Shown in pieces: positions 51,601 through 64,000 of a stretch of DNA of 64,000 bases. The DNA comes from Camelus ferus (taxonomy: Eukaryota). The notes beneath the pieces are model-generated. The model was given only the letters and a program-made list of their open reading frames with translations. It did not search any database and had not been told where the DNA came from. The position numbers and the translations under genes are program-made. The first letter of the stretch is position 1. Each line of letters opens with the position of its first letter. The stretch covers positions 98,272,001 through 98,336,000 of the forward strand of contig NC_045696.1 in assembly GCF_009834535.1 (NCBI RefSeq). Reading direction: 5' to 3'.

Positions 51601-53602
51601 TTTATTCCATTGGGAAAGTTCATCTTGAATACAGCCAGTTTTGAATTATGGGGGGCTTTCAGGAATGCATGCCTTCACTGCGTAAAACTCAGCCACCCAC
51701 CCTGTAACTCTAGGATTGCCAGGAGAGGTGACCCTAGCTATAGCCCTTCCTGTCCACCTGTCCGCTGACTCCTGTGTGCGCCCAGCAGTCTGGAGCTTCA
51801 GCTTGCTCCAGTAACCCAGACAACACACACTCCAGAGCACCAGCAGGACTGGAAAATCTGCCTGCTTGTTTCGCTGCTGCGTGGTGTCATGCAAGTGAAC
51901 GCAGTTCAGTTTCTGTAGTAATAGAAGATAAACCAATAGGCTTGACTGTGTACTTTTAAAGACTTATTTTCTTTAGGTCATTGTTTGCCTAGAATTTCTT
52001 TTTTGTTAGGGGGTGTGTTCATACAGATCAGTGTTGAAAAACCTGGATATACATCCCTGGTATAAACCCTGAGCTTCTTGGGGAGATGGGCTTTATTGAT
52101 TATATTAGCACCCCCAGTTTCTTAGGTTGTGCCCAGTTGGTACTTATAAACACATGTCAGAATGATGGAAAGCATGAAATACATTTTATGGTTTTGCCTA
52201 GCTGCCTAAACAATATTCGTAATATTTCATCTGTAGTAAATATGTTCTGAGCTCCCAGTCATCAAGTTATAAATGTGCTGTTGGAACTTACTATGTTGAT
52301 TTAAATTGAGGCTGGTTTATAAACAGTAAGTTGAGAAACATTGCTGCAAATGGAGTATTTGTGTCCACAATTACAGAAAGCAACTATGCTATATATTTTA
52401 GGCAGAAAAATCCTTTTCTAGTGAAGCTATGATGATTGTTTTTAACTTCTTCCATCTTCAAGAAATGAATCCATTCTTTTCGGTTGTAATCATCTTGCCT
52501 CAAAAGACCTAGTTGTTTTTTTGTTTGTTTGTTTGTTTTCTGCAAAGACCTTTGATTCATCATAAGAAACAGAAACTGGCCAAAATAAATTGTGCAAGGG
52601 AAATTAGGGAAAAGAGCTACATAACTAATTGTGGATTTTCCAGTTGGTGTTCTTTGTATAAACTATGTTCTTTTAAATTCACCAAAACAAAATAACACAG
52701 AACAAACAAACAAAACCCACAACCTTTCACTTAGGACATTTTGTTCATGATAGTTTGTATCTTTAATAAAAATTCATATGTATTTATGTCAATACTAGAC
52801 TAATCATGCCCAGGAAATCTGAAATTGCAGTCTCTGGAAAGGAACATGCATCACTGTCACACTGTGTCTTGGCCTCACATTGGTTCAAAAAGATAAATAC
52901 ATCTAATGATTACTGTACCACCTAATGACCACCTGGATCTGTAAGAGATTTTTTATAGATAAGTTTCAAAGATTGTGAAAAGCAAAATTATGATTTGAAG
53001 ATCAAGTCAAGATTTTCTGGTTTTAACAATAGAACACTGAAGATGGAGGACATCTTGCAAGCTGCTGAATGTTCCCAGCTTATGAATTATATTCCCCAAA
53101 TTGTCATGTTTCTTATTTTTTTCCCAGATAGAACTTTAAAAACTTACAAAAGGAGCTCATATATAGCAAGAGTGTGAGCTAACATGGAAGATGTTAATAG
53201 TGCTATTAGCCAGTGTGATTTCTGTCATTATCAGCCATTATTCTCAGAATGGTAAGTGGCAGATAAAGAGCTCAACCGAAATTTCCATCTTTTTTGTAGT
53301 CAGCATGTAAAATGCATATACTCTGTCTCTGAATTGTCACCCTTTTGTCACAAATTGCTCATTATATTTGCTTAGACTTGTGAAATGGAAAATATTTTAT
53401 TTAAAGGAAATAAAAGGCAGGGAACACTGAGTAAAAGACCTGTGAATTTTTCAAGCATGTATGTTTTAAAATCTTTAGCATTGGGCATAAATTGAGTTGG
53501 GCATAAAAGAGTTGATAGAAGCTAAGAATTCTGGTAATTAAAAAAAAAGAGAGAGAGAAAAAAGCTGAATTGTGACCAGTGGGATCTGGAGAGGAGCTCT
53601 AG

Positions 53603-53654
53603 TTTTTGTTGTTTGTTTGTTTGTTTGTTTGTTTGTTTGTTTCTTTCTTTCTTT
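53603..53654. repeat. (GTTT)n/(CTTT)n tetranucleotide repeat
   Basis: GTTT units followed by CTTT units. Confidence 0.95.
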
Positions 53655-56600
53655 AATAAAAAGTAATTTTGAAAACCTCACTTGAAAGGGACTTTGATGA
53701 AGCAGTTCAGGAAGCTTTTGAAATCATGCGTAAGTGATCTGTTTCAATCAGGAGTTATGCTGGTTAACCTTTGGTGATTATATGTGCATTTGTAAGTGAA
53801 TATAATGCCACATATAAAAAGTTGTTAACACTTAGATGTCACATTCAAAGATCAAAATGCAGATAGAATATACTAGAATTTTGGTCTGATCTAAAGACCA
53901 GAAGAAAGAAAAGAAAGTGGGCAAACAAGGATAGAGTTTATATTGTTCTCTTTAGGAGAAAATGCAGAAAGATTAATTTAGCTCCAGGATAATATATTAT
54001 AGTCTTTGACATTTAGTTTTTATTCTTCTTGTGGGGCTGTTTCTTAGATGCTTAGTGTTGGGACAATGGCTTGACATCCAAAAGCCAGAAGATAGCATAT
54101 TTCAGAATTTGAATTTATGTTAAAGTTCCCTTTATGAAGAATTCAGACAGTTTGTACTCTGTAAAATACTCAGTAGACAGAGTTGAAGTGCATGTGTTGT
54201 ACAAGGGGAATGGCTGTACATAGCAATAACCCCCAAACTAACACATCTTCAGATGATTTTTGAACCATCATTGTGAAAAAATTGAATTTTGTTCCTGTGT
54301 AAAACTTATTTTTCCTAAACTTGAATTCAGTAAGAATTTGGAATATGTATATAACATGTATGAAATCTCTCTGCTTATCAAAAAATTGTTAACTATCTTC
54401 TGCCATTCTGAATGCATTAGAACTGACTGCATCATATTATGACCTCTAAAAATGCTATTTAAAACCAAAATGTTTCATGATTGGTAAGCTTTTATAATAC
54501 AGAGGCCATTATTATAAATACTGTTTTTAAAATGTATTTATAAAAATAAACATTTTTTAACCTACTAGAGATACCTTAAATGAATAACTGTGGTTTGACA
54601 TATACTATTTTAAGCCAGAACACTAAAACATTACATCAATAGTGTGTGTAGTTTCTAATAAATGCTTTTTAATCATTTTTCTTGCTTCTTCAAGCAAAAA
54701 CAACAACTTCCACTCATCAGCATTAAATGACAGAAAACACAGTTAGCAATTCTGGTTGAAGTCTTTTGTTAATACCTCATATTTATCAAAAAAATTCCCT
54801 GTTCTAGGTTATAATGTATACTGCAATTGAAAAACACAAATGGTACCAGAGAGCATACGGTTTTTTAATTTCCTTAAAAATAAAAAGCGAGGGAATTAAA
54901 TGCCTGCTAATGAAGTGTTACATTTCTTAGTTTTCTGCAACTCATTTTAATTGAAAAAAATCCCTTAAAGTGTCTCGCATTTTCCTATTCTCAGTAGAGA
55001 AATAAGAATGATCTATAAAAGAACCTGCAGTTCAGTAACTGAAAAACTAATGTAAAAAGGAGGCATTTTAAAAATCTTCCATTCCTTTTATATATGAGGA
55101 GAGGTTCAGGGTTCAGATGTTCATAAATTCATTTTTAACAGATTTTTCAAACATTCGGATAGATATTTCAGTAGAGTAATTTTAGTAGTTTACGAGAGTG
55201 ACAGATGAACATTTTAGGCTCACCTTACTGCAAGCAACGTTGAACTAAATTACTTCTTCTCCAAATGGAGCTCTCTATACATCTTCCTCTTCCTTGAATG
55301 GCTGATTAAAACAGCAAGAGGCTGATGAAAAATATATTGTGTTGACACAGGAATAAAGCAGTACCGGAAATGTGTGAGATCATAGTGTGGCTCAGGGACC
55401 AGGTACACCTGGGCTTGTAAGATCTGAGGAGACTTCCAGAGGCTTGGTGCCATCCACAGGGAATCGGCTGAGGCCTGGGGAAAGCTTGAGATGAGGGCCC
55501 AAGGGAGGCAGGCTGAGTTTGTTTCTGTAAGGGCCTTGGATGACCTGGGACACCTAATTTCTCCTCTATGCTCTGCCTTTGACTCAAGGCAATAATTGTG
55601 CTATTAACAAGGGACCACGTTGCAACAACTTCCTTGATTTCGAGAAACTTTATTAGACGTGGAAGAAATGTAGGAAGCCCAGAGAAGGTTCCCACATGTT
55701 TAAGACGTTGCCTCAACAGCCCTTTCAGAAGCTAAAGAGGGAGAAGGTGATAGGGAATATGGAAGAAACGGGAGGGAGAGGCGTGCCTGAAGGGAAAGCA
55801 GGCACGGGGGAAGAAGAAGGAGTGGAAGGAGAAAGGGGAAGAGGAGATGGAGGAAGAAAAGTAGAAATAGGGTGAAAGAAGGCTGATATCTGTCTTTTCA
55901 AGTGAAGCATGCTCACTTAGAAATCATATGCGGGAAATGGTCAAATGCTATTGTGTGCTCCGTGTACATGAGCTAAACGTGAGCCCTCATGATCTGCATG
56001 GCTTCCAACCATTTGATGCAGCTGTTTTATTTACCCGGTCCCTGCCTCTTCCTGGAAGGATGCTGTATCTCATAGCTGAACAGGGAAAATGATAGTTATC
56101 GGCTTCAAAATACGAAAGTTAATGGGTTTATATCTGAATGAACTTATCTTTTTGATAGGAATGTACTCTTCTAGAAAATCTGAAACATTTATAGCCTGCA
56201 ACTTTTACACATTTCCCCAGAGGACAAATATTTCTTTTACTAATTTACTGTGTACCTATTTTTGCCACTTGCGATTCAAAGCAGCGGTAGAGACCATATG
56301 CATGGGGCTGAAATTTTTAGAAAATGGACCATGAGAATAGTTGAGCAGGAAACAAATAAAGTAAGGGGTGAATAGCCCTGTAATAAATTAATTATTCTTT
56401 TTATAAATCAGTTCAGCAATGAATTCTTTTAAAAGTCAAGCTAATGGCATGCACTGATTATTGACTTATTTGACACAGATGAAGGAAAAGATGACATTTG
56501 ATGTTAAAATTTAGGTACCACAAATGGATGAAGATCAATTACAACAAGGGGAGGGGAGGGAAAAAGAATACTGTTGCCAGAAATTTAATTTGTATACATT

Positions 56601-58749
56601 CTTCCCTTCCAGCCTTCAGAGCTAAATTCTGAGACATTTGGGGGAACATGTTACAAATTGATTGAACAAATTCACCAGAGGCCTTTTTGCACTGGGGCTG
56701 AGGATTCTCCTCGGAAAGCACTTGCCCTGAAGAAAAAGGCACCTGAATCAAGACATTGAATGAGAGAGAAAGCCTTTTTGAGTAGAACACTGTAACTAAC
56801 CTTTAGCTTTATTTTGTGGCTCAAGCATCCCTCCCCCGATGCATGGGTGGGTCCTGTGCAGATTAGAGACCTAGTGACCTATACGCTTTGTAAGTCAGTC
56901 TGAATACAAATAGCACAGCTTTAGAGATGCCTGTAACATAGTGAAGAAGGAAGGGGAGAGGTACCTTGTGAGCCCTGAAGTGAGTGGTGCTCCTCGGGAC
57001 GATGCTTGCTTGAACACTGAGGATATCAACTGGCAAGTCTGGCTCCTGGTGAAAGATGGGAGAACAGTGTCACAGCTTGTTGGAGTCTGTGGTGCCTCAT
57101 GAGTATTCTTGTTTTTGAGGCAGTTCTTGGGGACCCACATAAATATTCAATGGGAATTGTGTAGGGTGGGGAAGATTTTGAATCTTCTGTCAAAGGCAAG
57201 AGCCAGTGAAATGTGAGTTACAATTCTTGCTGTAATTCTGTTCTTTCACGAAGCCCAGGAATATTGAGTTTAAACAGAAATCTATATTTTGGGGTAAGAT
57301 GAGCTGGAAACTTTGGCCCGGCTTGAAGGTTTTGCGGGCTTACAACAATAATATTGGCTTGCAGGCATTTTGGATGACCCTCGTGACAAGGAAGAGACTC
57401 CTGGTTTCAGAAACTGTCAGAATGATTTAGCGCTTTGAGGGATCTAGACTGAGGGTTATGTTCTTGCCAATAGAAACGGATATAAAACAACTCTAGGCTC
57501 ACAGTTACAAAGGCTTAAACCACGGCCAATATTTTAGGAGCTTTCCTGGACTGTGTCTGGAAGGTGTTTCTGCATGAGCCGGTTGCCATACCAGCTCCAT
57601 GCACCTGGCAGCTCGGTAATCTGGCATCCACGTGAAATGCCTTGGTAGTAGATCTCTACGAAGTTTATCCGCAGTAAAATCCTCCTTGACAAGAGGTCAG
57701 ACTCCCAGCACCCTCTGTTCCCTGGAATGCAAACTCAGAAATAAGCAAAAGAGATCCCTGAGTACCCAAAATAGATTTCCATGTCCCTAGACTAAAGCCA
57801 CGGACTTTCCTTCTTAAAGGCTTATGTGCTTTCACTTAGAGACTGTTTATTCTAACTTAACCGAGGTCGTAATAATTGTGGGTTTTCTGGTTTCCCAGCT
57901 CAAAGTAGATTATAAATGACAAATTAGAAAGGAGTGAGGGAATATGAAAGGCAAGGAAACTGGCAGCAATGAAGTGACAGTTGTTAAATAAGGAAGGAGG
58001 AAGCAGAAAATTAAGAACCCAGACACAGAACTGTGTGTGTTTTACAGAATTATGCAGATAGTGTTTCATTATGATGGCACAGCCAAATTATATTCAGCAG
58101 TTGCTGTTTTAAAAAGGCAGGAGAAGAATTTAATAAAGTTTTCAAAAATTTACATAAAATGATGTAAAAAATAGGTTCGAGCATCCAAAGGAGGAAGTTT
58201 GAGCTATCTAAATGAAATGCATGGCCTGCCTCCTTCCCAAAGATGATTACTGTATTTGAATTCGCAGAGCACTCGATTTGTACCTTTCTAATGGCACTTG
58301 CTGTTTTCATCTTTGTATTACAGTCATTTGAGTTCATGCTAAATGCCATTTAACTCACTTGGAGGCATGGAGGAAGCTGGATTTAATTTCTGTTACGCCA
58401 TGATATATATAACTTTGATGAATCAGTCTCTCTGTGCTTTAGCTTTTTAGTTTGTAAGACATAGGATTTGGAACAAATGAACTTGAGGTTCCTCTAGTTT
58501 ATGAGTTGCATTCCTTTATATAGTGAATGATAAGAATTTTATAGTGAGGTAGAAGGATTCCAACTTTACACATTAAAGACATCTGTAGTCACAGCCAAAC
58601 CGATTATATGGGTCTGTGGCCTAATGAACACCCATCCTTTGCAACATATATAAAGGTGATTTTTTTTCAAAGTTATGTTTGGCATCTTTTGTTCTTACTT
58701 ACTTGGCAGCCATTTTCTTTTTTGATATTACTTTTGGAAAAATGCCTTT

Positions 58750-58930
58750 GTTATTATCTCAGTCTATGTGGTCCTAGTGAAGCGACCTCATCCTTTGGCT
58801 CTAGAATAGTCAAATAACCCAGGCCTAACCAATGACATAAGCCATCCCTTTGGGCAGAGTGATTGGTGCAGTGATGGGCATGTGACCCAAGCTGATCCAT
58901 TAAAAGCCAATTCCAGGACTTTTGGAACTA
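58750..58930 (+). mobile_element. old MLT1 (J/K-like) fragment
   Basis: GTGATTGGTGCAGTGATGGGCATGTGACCCAAGCTG. Confidence 0.65.
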
Positions 58931-59274
58931 TTGACACATTCAGGAAATGTGTAAACATTGTACCATGTTAATGTTTTGTATTTTCTAGAAGAGTACATTT
59001 CTGTAAAAATATAAATGCACTGAGATATTGCTCCCATTAATATATAAATCAACTTATGTCAACAATTAAAACATACATTTCTTTTGAATTAAATTATTTA
59101 ATAGCAAAAATTGTTTATAAATCATCCTAATCAGTTCCAGAATTTTGCTGATTTCAGATATTATTGAAGTGACTTTTTGTTACATGCATCTGTCCCTTGC
59201 TAATAATGCTCCATCCAGGCCATGATTTGAAATAGGAAATAACATTAAACCCTTCCAATGAATTTACTGTCATT

Positions 59275-59750
59275 GCAGTCTTGTTTTAGGACATGCTCAT
59301 CATTCCCCAAAGAAGTTACATGTCTATTAACAGTCATGCCTTATTCCTCCTCCACTTACACCACCCTCCTTCCCTCACCACAACACCCTCCACTGGCTCT
59401 AAGCAACCACTTATTTACCTTCTATCTCTATCAGTTTGCCTACTTCAGACATTTTATATAAATGGCATCATACAACATGTGGTCTTTTTGCCTGACATTT
59501 CACTAATATAATGTTTTTAAAATCTGTCAGTGTTGTAGCATGCATAAGTACTTTATTCCTTTCCATTGTTCCATTACATCCCAGTGCATGGACTGTGCTT
59601 GTTTTGTTTATCCATTCATCAGCGAATGGAAATTTGGCTGTTTCCATTTAGGGATACTATGAATAATACTGCTATAAACATTTTGTGTACAAGTTTTGTG
59701 AGGACATGTGTTTTCATTTCTCTTGAGTACATACCTAAGAGTGGAATTGT
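59275..59750 (-). mobile_element. L1MB-like 3' fragment
   Basis: GACATTTTATATAAATGGCATCATACAACATGTGGTCTTTT; ACTATGAATAATACTGCTATAAACATT. Confidence 0.8.
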
Positions 59751-62700
59751 TCAGCGATCTTAAACCCAAGTCTGCCTGACTGTAAGCTCTGCTCTCTTCT
59801 CTTCCAATTACTCAAGACTGCTTTTCCATCTTCCATATAATTTCTGTAGAAGAATTTTATGCTGAGATTTTAACTTCAACTTTGTTCTTGCTTCTATGGG
59901 AAATTGAATGAACAGTGAATAGTTTTCTTCATTCTGTCCCTCACATTACCCAACATACCATCTTTATAAGGTAGTCTTGTCAGTTTGTTCCTGTATTTCT
60001 TGTCCCAAAGGAAATTAAAACTACTTTGTATTTTAAAGGCAATAAACAAGCCACATGTACGACATTGTGGGGATCGGGAGAAGGAAAGGTATTGGGAGAA
60101 TGGAGGATTTGGATTTGGTGAATTTCTATGAGATAATCAAGTCGTGCTCTCTAAATGGAGGGAATGGTTCTGTGTATTTGCTGGGATGATTCTGGGGAGC
60201 AGTTTTCTGTGGAGGAGAGTCCCACAGTGTGAGAGTACAGCGAGATTACGGCTAGCTATCAAGGGCATCTCTGTGACCTATCTGGAGACACAGTGAAGGA
60301 CCAGAAGGTAACAATGTCATTGAAGAGTAAATGGGATTGTTAGTGACCACCAAGGATAGGTCCATTCCCTGGTCTCCTGGAGCCACATAAATTTCCAGGA
60401 TCCATGCATAATCTTGAAGGTGACAGCCTCAACAATGACCAGAACAGGACCAAAACTGCCAAATTTGGTAAGTATAGCTGTATTGATTTAGGAAAAAAAA
60501 GTGACTTAGGTGCTAAAAGGGGACTAGTTACATCTGTTTTAAGTTTATGAAGGATGCCAAGTTATGTAAGTCTTTTAAGATATATAAGCCATCGTGCTTT
60601 TAAATAGCATAAATAACACTATTTTCAACTATATAATTTCTTTATTTCAAATAAATGATAACTAATAGGGGAATTTTACTGAGCCATAGAGAAAATGATT
60701 ACCAGTATAAAGACCACATGACATTCTGTAATGTCCAGATGTGAAAATTGGCAGCCATATGCATTACGTTTTCTCCATGCCATTGGAAAGCCATTTTTAA
60801 ATCAGGAAATGTTTATATGAAAACTGTTCAGCAGTGGATGTTTAACAAGTTATATTAAAATGAGCACAACTTTCAGTGTTTTTTTTCCCTCTTTGAAAGT
60901 TTATTTTGGCCTCAAGTTTTTCACACATCTAATTGTAGGTACGTGTGTGTGTATATAAACAATCACCTTGAGAAAACAATTGTAGTCAACAATTTATTGA
61001 TTGCCTACTGGTTCTTGATACTTGCTGGATGCTTTGCATAATTTTTTCTTCTGATTTTTACAATGAAAGTTTTTGGTAGATGTTATTTTAATCCTTTTAT
61101 TGATGAAAAACAGGGCCTTAAAAAATCAAGGAATAGGCCTGGAATCATACATATGGCAATCTAGCTTTTCGTTTTGGTCTTTCCACCATGTTTTTCTCTG
61201 AGAATCATTAATTATGATAATAATTCAAATTTACTATTGAACACCACTATGTGACAGGCACTGGGTTAGAGTGTCAGAGACGGAGCATTCTAGCTGAGTC
61301 CTCCCACGTTGTCACTTAAATTTTAACTGTCACCTGACACTTTCTTTCATCTCCTCCTCAGCTGCTTGTTTCTTCCTTCTCATCTCCCTGTTTACATCCC
61401 ATCAGCACCACCACCTTTTTAATGGTGTCCTGACAGTACACCCTGTAAAACAAGTTATATATGCCATAAAGCAAGAAAGAAAAACAAAGAGGCAGTGAAA
61501 ATTCAACATTGCACCCACCAGTCTTCCTGGGAACGGCACACAATGTAAGGTTTAAGGAGGTTTAAGGGAAAAATAATTCACAATGTTAACCACTTTATGG
61601 ACATTGGTACATTTTATGCCACAATCAACCAAAGCACATCAATAAGACCTTTAAAGTACAGTCTTAATGTAATAAAATGCAGTTTCAGCAATACAGTATG
61701 GCTTGAAGACAGATGGAGCAATTTGAAAGTACCAGAATCATGTAAGGAATTAACCCTAACTTAAGCCTATTTTAAATCACATGGGTTCATATTCTTTCTT
61801 CCAAATATGAGAACCAGGAAGAAATGGATTACTTGATTAGATTTTGGCCATGCACATAAACATATAGGAAAAATCAACCAAAAAATGTGAAAGCGGGACA
61901 CTGGTTCTTAGTGGGCTGAACTTTCTTCCTAAACCTTACATATACAGAAAGAAAGGAAAGGAGGATGGAATGATGGAAGGCAGGAAGAAAAAAAGTAAAA
62001 ACAAGGCAAAACAAAAAACCTCAAATGCCAAAAATAAACCAAAGGTGAAACACCATGTAAAATATTTCTTCTTTCTACCCTAAATGCTTTTGTGGGATAA
62101 GTCAACTTGAAGGAATTCAAGTTCTGTTTTGACTTTCTCCACTTACATTGCCTACCCCAGGGACCCATGCCTTAGCTAACTTAGCACCAAAATCCTGAAA
62201 ATAGAGTAAGTGTTTGGTGTGTACACCCCTACTCAAAGAGTATTGGAAGTATTAAGCTCTAGACTGAGACCAAATGCTCTGGATGGGTCTGTGGATGAGG
62301 GCAATTGTGTCTGAATTTGTTTATTTTCGCCAAGAAGGTAATTAAATTTTATCTCATATGTTACTGTATACCAAGAATGAATTAGTTCTGTTTTAAAACA
62401 AAAGCATTTTGAATTGCTTTGTTTTCAACAATTCCCATATTTTGTCATTTTTAATGTTCTTTTTATTAGTAGAGATAATATTTTGTATAACAGAATTATA
62501 AAAACACTTCATTCTAATTTTACATTGGTTTAATCTCTTATCTGAATGTACAGCTGTTTTTCATTATTTTATTACTTACATGCATTTTCATGACTGCTTC
62601 CTTAAGTGAAAGAGGAGTGTACTGAAATGACCCAAGGCAATCTAAGAAGATTTTTTTTTTAAAAAAAAGGAAGTTTCTCTGCCTGTGTAGAGAGTATCAC

Positions 62701-62989
62701 ATTCATTTTTTTCCCCAGCAAGTGAATACAGAAAAGTATTTTGGAGATAATCAACCAGGGATTGGGGTCTATTATGCAAGTCTGGTATTTCATTTACCAA
62801 CACCTTAATGTACTTGAAATTTTCTTTCTTTTCCACTGTTGACCAGTTCTAACCACTGCGAGTTAACATTTAACATGTAACTATTTTTTTGTCTTTTAAT
62901 TATGATGACCTTGAGAGAATATGGACGCTATGATTGTTTTGGAACATTTGTTGAAGAGATAGTTTAAAAATCATTTCAATGTTGCAAAT

Positions 62990-63990
62990 ATATTTTTAAA
63001 GAAAACTTCAAAAAAGGCATATACTTCTATATATAGAAAAATGCTCACATCATAAGTGTATGTTTCAATCACAAAGTGAACACACCCAAATAAACACCAG
63101 CCAATTCAAGAAATACAGTATTGTCAACAGTACTAGAAGCCCTCATGTCTCCTCTCAATAATACTCCCTCCCTTCTTCCTAAAGAGATACTATTCTGTCT
63201 TCTAACACCGGAATACTCTTGAATGTTTTAAAAATTTACCCACTAGCATAATAATGTTGGGTCTGACGGTTTTCATTCAACATATACTCGTGGAATCATT
63301 CATGTTCTTTGTAGAAGTTGTTTATTTGCATTTTGTATTATATTTCATTATATGGCTTGGCAGTGAATTACTTAATTTGTTATCATTTTTTTTTTTTTAC
63401 TACTGATGGGACTTTGAATTGTTTCCAGTCTTCAGCTATTCCAGTTAATGCTACTATGAACATTCTTGTGCATGACTTCTGACAAACATATGCCCTTCTT
63501 TGTATTGGGTATATACCTAGGAATGGAATTGTGTCAAGGAATGTGCACGTATTCTTTCAGCTTCACTGGATATTGTCAGAGAGTGTTTCAAGATGGTACC
63601 AGTTTAGACTTCTGCCAGCACAATATTAGAGTTCTAGCTGTTCTACATTCTCAATATCACTTGGTATTGTTAGTCTTTTAAAAATTTTTACCCATTCTGA
63701 TATGTGTAGAGTGATGTCATATTTTGGATTTAATTTGCATTTCCTCGATGATTAATGTAGTTGATCACCCTTTAGTGTATTTATTATGCATTTGAATATC
63801 CTTCCGTGAGCTGTCTATTCCAGTCTTTTGTCCTTTTTTTCTATTTTCTTGTCTTTTCCGCATGATTTGTGGGAGTTCTTTATATATTTGAAATATAAAC
63901 CCTTTGTCAGTTACATGTGCCAAAGTTAATCGTCTCCATCTTTGTGGCTTACTTGTTCACACATTTAATAAAATATTTTGTTGAAAATAA
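62990..63990 (-). mobile_element. L1MD/ME-like 3' fragment
   Basis: GGGTATATACCTAGGAATGGAATTG; TTTAATTTGCATTTCCTCGATGATTAATG. Confidence 0.8.
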
Positions 63991-64000
63991 GTTTAACATT

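Noticed and set aside
1..64000. CRISPR array, operon or other prokaryote-type system
   Set aside because: The sequence is eutherian non-coding DNA with MIR/L1/L2/ERV remnants; there is no regularly spaced repeat-spacer array or gene-dense region.

Overview
Mammalian (eutherian) genomic DNA, AT-rich and repeat-rich. It is most likely camelid, judged from a tRNA-derived SINE resembling Vic-1 at 41.1 kb, a young L1 3' end at 47.3 kb, and no recognisable Alu, Bov-A/BovB, PRE1 or SINEC. No complete protein-coding gene is visible; the ORF track is mostly chance ORFs plus decayed L1 and ERVL frames. The main functional element is a CpG-island promoter at ~12.9-13.9 kb. It has a TATA box and GC box oriented on the minus strand and a probable non-coding first exon (13441-~13662), so 1-13440 is probably the 5' intronic part of a gene I cannot name. 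Several well-formed minus-strand exon candidates (46163-46213, 17341-17585, 7537-7566) suggest alternative 5' exons. The rest is ancient MIR, L2, L1M, MLT, ERVL and DNA-transposon remnants, including a nested ERVL. I found no credible novel biological system. The most unusual structure is the L1 5' junction at 47.2-47.6 kb (palindrome, perfect 165-bp duplication and G4 motif). Repeat family names come from recalled consensus sequences, not from a search.
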